DNA of 48,290 bases, taken from the NCBI GenBank assembly GCA_030684415.1, contig JAUXNL010000009.1:1-48290 (forward strand), read 5' to 3'. Source of the stretch: Moraxellaceae bacterium (GTDB lineage Bacteria > Pseudomonadota > Gammaproteobacteria > Pseudomonadales > Moraxellaceae). The first letter of the stretch is position 1, and each line of letters begins with the position of its first letter. A model generated the notes under the pieces. The model was given only the letters and a program-made list of their open reading frames with translations, was not told the origin of the DNA and searched no databases. Below are positions 45,042-48,290 of this stretch, in pieces. Made by a program: the position numbers and the translations under genes.

Positions 45042-47204
45042 CTACAGAAAGCTGTAGGGGTCGACATCGATCACCACCCGGACGGACCCAGGCGGTTTCA
45101 CCCGGGCGCGCCAGGCGGCCAGATAGGCCGACAGATCCACGGTGCGGTCGGCCCGCACCAGGAAGCGCTTGCGTCGCCGACCGCGGACCAGGGACAGGGG
45201 GGCATCGGCCGGGCCATAGACCTCCAGTCCTTCGGCGTTTGGGGCCGCCGCCGCCATCTCGCGGACGAAGGCTTCAAGGGCCTGCGGGTTCTCGCTGGAG
45301 ACGATGACCGCGCCCAGACGGCCAAAGGGCGGCAGGCCAGCCAGCTCCCGCTCGGCCATTTCGGCGGCGACAAAGGCGTCCCGGTCCTGGGCGGCCAGGG
45401 CCTGCATCACCGCGTGATCGGGGGCGTAGGTCTGGACCAGCGCCCGGCCTGGCCGGTCGTGACGGCCCGCCCGCCCCGTGGCCTGGGCCAGCAGCTGATA
45501 GGTCCGCTCGGCGGCCCGGAGGTCGCCGCCCTTCAAGCCAAGGTCTGCGTCCACCACGCCGACCAGGGTCAGGTTGGGGAAGTTATGACCCTTTGCCGCA
45601 GCCTGGGTGGCCACCAGGATGTCGATCTCGCCGGCGGCCATGGACTCCACCAGCCGGCGGGCGGCCTGGGCGTCGAACACGGTGTCCGAGGAGAACACCG
45701 CCACCCGGGCCTCGGGGAACAGGGCGCGGGCCTCCTCCTCCACCCGCTCCACCCCCGGCCCCACCGAGACCAGGCTGTCGAGGGCGCCACAGTGAGGGCA
45801 GGCCTTGGGCTTGGGCATGGAGAAGCCGGTGAGGTGGCAGACCAGCCGCCCGGTATAGCGGTGTTCCACCAGCCAGGAATCGGTGTCGGGCGCCGTCAAC
45901 CGCTCGCCGCAGGCCCGGCACAACACCAGCGGCGCATAGCCGCGCCGGTTGAGGAACAGGAGGGCCTGCTCCCCCCGCGCCAGGGTCTCCCCCACAGCGG
46001 CCGCCAGGGGGGGCGAGAGCCAGCGGCCATGCTCCAGGGCGACTTCCCGCAGGTCGATCAGGTCGATCTGCGGCAGGACCGCCGCGCCGTGGCGGGCCGA
46101 GAGCCGCAGCCAGCGATAGCGGCCGGTCTCGGCGTTGCGCAGGGACTCCAGGGAGGGCGTGGCCGAAGCCAGCACGACGGCGGCGGCCTCCATCTTGCCC
46201 CGCACCACCGCCAGGTCCCTCGCCTGGTAGATGAAGCCCTCCTCCTGCTTGAAGGAGGTGTCGTGCTCCTCGTCGACCACGATCAATTTCAAGTTCACAA
46301 ACGGCAGAAACAGGGCCGAGCGGGCGCCCACGACGATGGGGCAGGCGCCGGTGGCCACAGCCTCCCAGACCCGGCGCCGCGCCGGCGGGGCGACGCCGGA
46401 ATGCCACTCGGCGGGCAGGACCCCGAACCGTTCGGCGAAGCGGGATAGCACCGCCTGGGTGAGCGCGATCTCCGGCAGCATCACCAGGACCTGGGCGGCC
46501 GGGTCGGCGGCCAGGACGGCGGCGACCGCCTCCAGATAGACCTCGGTCTTGCCCGAGCCGGTCACCCCGTCCAACAGGGCGACATTGAAGCCCCCCTCGC
46601 CGATCATGGCGCTCAGCGCATGGGCGGCGGCGGCCTGGCTGGGATTGAGCGGGCTTCGGGACCGGGAAAGGTCCGGCGCCGGGAAGGCGACCGGGGCCGG
46701 CGCCAGGCGCACCGCCAGAACGCCCTCGTCGATCAGCCCCTTGACCACGCCGGCCGACACTGCGGCCTGACGGGCAAGGTCTGCCGGGGCGCCGGAAAAC
46801 CCCTCTAGGGCGGCCAGCACCTTCGCCCGGGCCGGGGTCATGCGGGGGACCGCAACGCCCGTGGGGACCACCTGTTTTTCCGGCCGGGCCTTGGGCGCGC
46901 GGGCGCCGCGCAGGGCGATGGCGAGGGGTTGTCCGGGCGCGTCCACCGCGTAGCGGGCCGCCCACTGGACAAACTCCAGGGTCCTCGCGGGCAAGGGCGG
47001 ATCGTCCAGGCGCGACTCCAGGGGTTTCAACGGCCGGTTGCCGCCGACCGCGTCCCGCAGGGCGGTCACCACCCCGCGCAAGGTGCGGGGACCCAGCGGG
47101 GCGGCCACCTGGTCGCCGACCTCCAGACCCATGCCTTCGGGCTCGGCATAGTCGAAGGCTTCCGGCAGGGGCATGGGCAGCAGGACCGAGGCGATACGGC
47201 TCAT
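45042..47204 (-). CDS. priA: Primosomal replication restart helicase PriA
   Basis: Start [13 protein letters not shown] at 47204. Walker [17 protein letters not shown] box, and Cys-rich zinc insertion [12 protein letters not shown]...CHLTG...CPHCG. Confidence 0.92.
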   Translation of the reverse strand: MSRIASVLLPMPLPEAFDYAEPEGMGLEVGDQVAAPLGPRTLRGVVTALRDAVGGNRPLKPLESRLDDPPLPARTLEFVQWAARYAVDAPGQPLAIALRGARAPKARPEKQVVPTGVAVPRMTPARAKVLAALEGFSGAPADLARQAAVSAGVVKGLIDEGVLAVRLAPAPVAFPAPDLSRSRSPLNPSQAAAAHALSAMIGEGGFNVALLDGVTGSGKTEVYLEAVAAVLAADPAAQVLVMLPEIALTQAVLSRFAERFGVLPAEWHSGVAPPARRRVWEAVATGACPIVVGARSALFLPFVNLKLIVVDEEHDTSFKQEEGFIYQARDLAVVRGKMEAAAVVLASATPSLESLRNAETGRYRWLRLSARHGAAVLPQIDLIDLREVALEHGRWLSPPLAAAVGETLARGEQALLFLNRRGYAPLVLCRACGERLTAPDTDSWLVEHRYTGRLVCHLTGFSMPKPKACPHCGALDSLVSVGPGVERVEEEARALFPEARVAVFSSDTVFDAQAARRLVESMAAGEIDILVATQAAAKGHNFPNLTLVGVVDADLGLKGGDLRAAERTYQLLAQATGRAGRHDRPGRALVQTYAPDHAVMQALAAQDRDAFVAAEMAERELAGLPPFGRLGAVIVSSENPQALEAFVREMAAAAPNAEGLEVYGPADAPLSLVRGRRRKRFLVRADRTVDLSAYLAAWRARVKPPGSVRVVIDVDPYSFL

Positions 47205-47297
47205 GACCGGCGCGCCCCAGCTGTCATCAAGCCAGGGTGGCGAGGACCGGTCGCAGCGGCTAAACACCGCCATTCACTGCGCAGGGAGGCCCAGGCC

Positions 47298-47951
47298 ATG
47301 CAGATCTTTCTCGACACCACCGACACGGCCGTCCTGAAGGACCTGGCCTCTACAGGCCTGGTGGACGGCGTCACCACCAATCCGTCGCTGATCGCCAAGT
47401 CGGGCCGTCCCATGCTGGAGGTCATCGCTGAGATTTGCGACCTCGTCGAGGGTCCCGTCAGCGCCGAGGTCGCCGCTGTCGAGACCGAGGCCATGCTGGC
47501 CGAGGGCCGCAAGCTGGCGGGCGTCGCCCCCAATGTCGTGGTCAAGGTGCCCCTGACCCGGGCCGGCCTGACCGCGACAGGCGTGTTCACACGCGAGGGC
47601 ATCCAGACCAATGTCACCCTGTGCTTCTCCGCCGCCCAGGCCCTGATGGCTGCCAAGGCCGGCGCGACCTATATCTCGCCCTTCATCGGCCGCCTGGACG
47701 ACCATGGCGCCGACGGCATGGACCTGATCGCCGAGATCCGCGCCATCTATGACAACTACGACTTCGACACCGAAATCCTCGCCGCCTCGATCCGCACCAC
47801 CGCCCATGTGACCGCCTCGGCCCTGATGGGCGCCGACTGCGCCACCATCCCGCCGGCGGTCTTCCTCGACCTGTTCAAGCACCCGTTAACCGAGAAGGGT
47901 CTTGATCAGTTCATGAGCGACTGGGCCAAGACCGGCCAGTCGATCCTCTAG
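47298..47951 (+). CDS. tal: Transaldolase, short (Fsa/TalC-like) type
   Basis: [10 protein letters not shown]...GVTTNPSL and VVVKVP...[10 protein letters not shown] (Schiff-base Lys region). Confidence 0.9.
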   Translation: MQIFLDTTDTAVLKDLASTGLVDGVTTNPSLIAKSGRPMLEVIAEICDLVEGPVSAEVAAVETEAMLAEGRKLAGVAPNVVVKVPLTRAGLTATGVFTREGIQTNVTLCFSAAQALMAAKAGATYISPFIGRLDDHGADGMDLIAEIRAIYDNYDFDTEILAASIRTTAHVTASALMGADCATIPPAVFLDLFKHPLTEKGLDQFMSDWAKTGQSIL

Positions 47952-47987
47952 AGTTCGCGTCCGATTGGGCGCCAAGGGTCGGGGCGG

Positions 47988-48290
47988 ATGGACGGGATCA
48001 GTATCGACAGCGCGATGAGCGCCCACGAGGCCCAGGCTGCGGTCCGTGAGTACCTGCTTGAAAACCCCGGCGTGCTGCTGGACGATCCGGAGCTGCTGCG
48101 CCTGCTTGGCCTGCAGACCCTGCCGGAGAATGTGGTGGCCTTCGGGCCGGCCGCCCTGGCCAGGGTTCACGCCGCTCACCGCAAGGAATCGGCGGTGCGC
48201 CGCCAGCTGGAGTCGACCGCCCGGGCCAATTTCGCCGCCCAGGCCCAGACCCACGGGGCGGTGATCGACCTTCTGGAGGCCCGCAACCAC
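47988..48290 (+). CDS. DUF484 family protein, N-terminal part (runs off the window)
   Basis: My own translation: MDGISIDSAMSAHEAQAAVREYLLENPGVLLDDPELLRLLGLQ...AVRRQLE. This matches the DUF484 N-terminal pattern (V..YL..NP.....P.LL..L.L). The frame is open to the last base. Confidence 0.7.
   Translation, partial: MDGISIDSAMSAHEAQAAVREYLLENPGVLLDDPELLRLLGLQTLPENVVAFGPAALARVHAAHRKESAVRRQLESTARANFAAQAQTHGAVIDLLEARNH

Noticed and set aside
45018-46965. 476-aa plus-strand and 460-aa minus-strand alternative-frame ORFs inside priA
   Set aside because: PriA motifs (Walker A, DEEHD, zinc cysteines) identify the real frame. The others are Gly/Arg/Pro-rich GC artefacts.

Overview
High-GC alphaproteobacterial (Caulobacterales-like) chromosome segment in two parts. 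All calls rest on motif recognition and reading of the sequence; no searches were run.

Positions 1 to about 21,600 are a lower-GC accessory mosaic. It contains:
- the right end of an IS66-family element;
- an McrBC methyl-dependent restriction pair;
- a tyrosine-integrase / AlpA-like / prim-pol-helicase backbone of the P4-satellite type;
- cargo genes: a cytosine-5 methyltransferase with a translationally linked GIY-YIG nuclease, a secreted EEP nuclease / Excalibur cluster, an amidotransferase, an SRAP gene interrupted by an in-frame TGA, a caspase-like protease followed by a nuclease-NTPase fusion, and an IS110/IS1111-family element.

This part ends at an intact tRNA-Thr(CGU), with a 5' half-copy of the same tRNA beside it.

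Positions about 21,600 to 48,290 are ordinary, very GC-rich core genome: hemY-like, Mic60-like, hemD, hemC, tsaD, gpsA, YciI, Rieske, nitrilase-family, SleB-like, creatininase, Mo-oxidoreductase/cytochrome b, thioesterase, hydrolases, pentapeptide protein, CHAP, acyltransferase, TerC, MFS, Crp/Fnr, priA, transaldolase and DUF484.

The best candidate for an undescribed system is the caspase-like protease plus HsdR_N-nuclease/P-loop NTPase pair at 15,494-19,679. Many long alternative-frame and antisense ORFs in the track are GC artefacts and were rejected.
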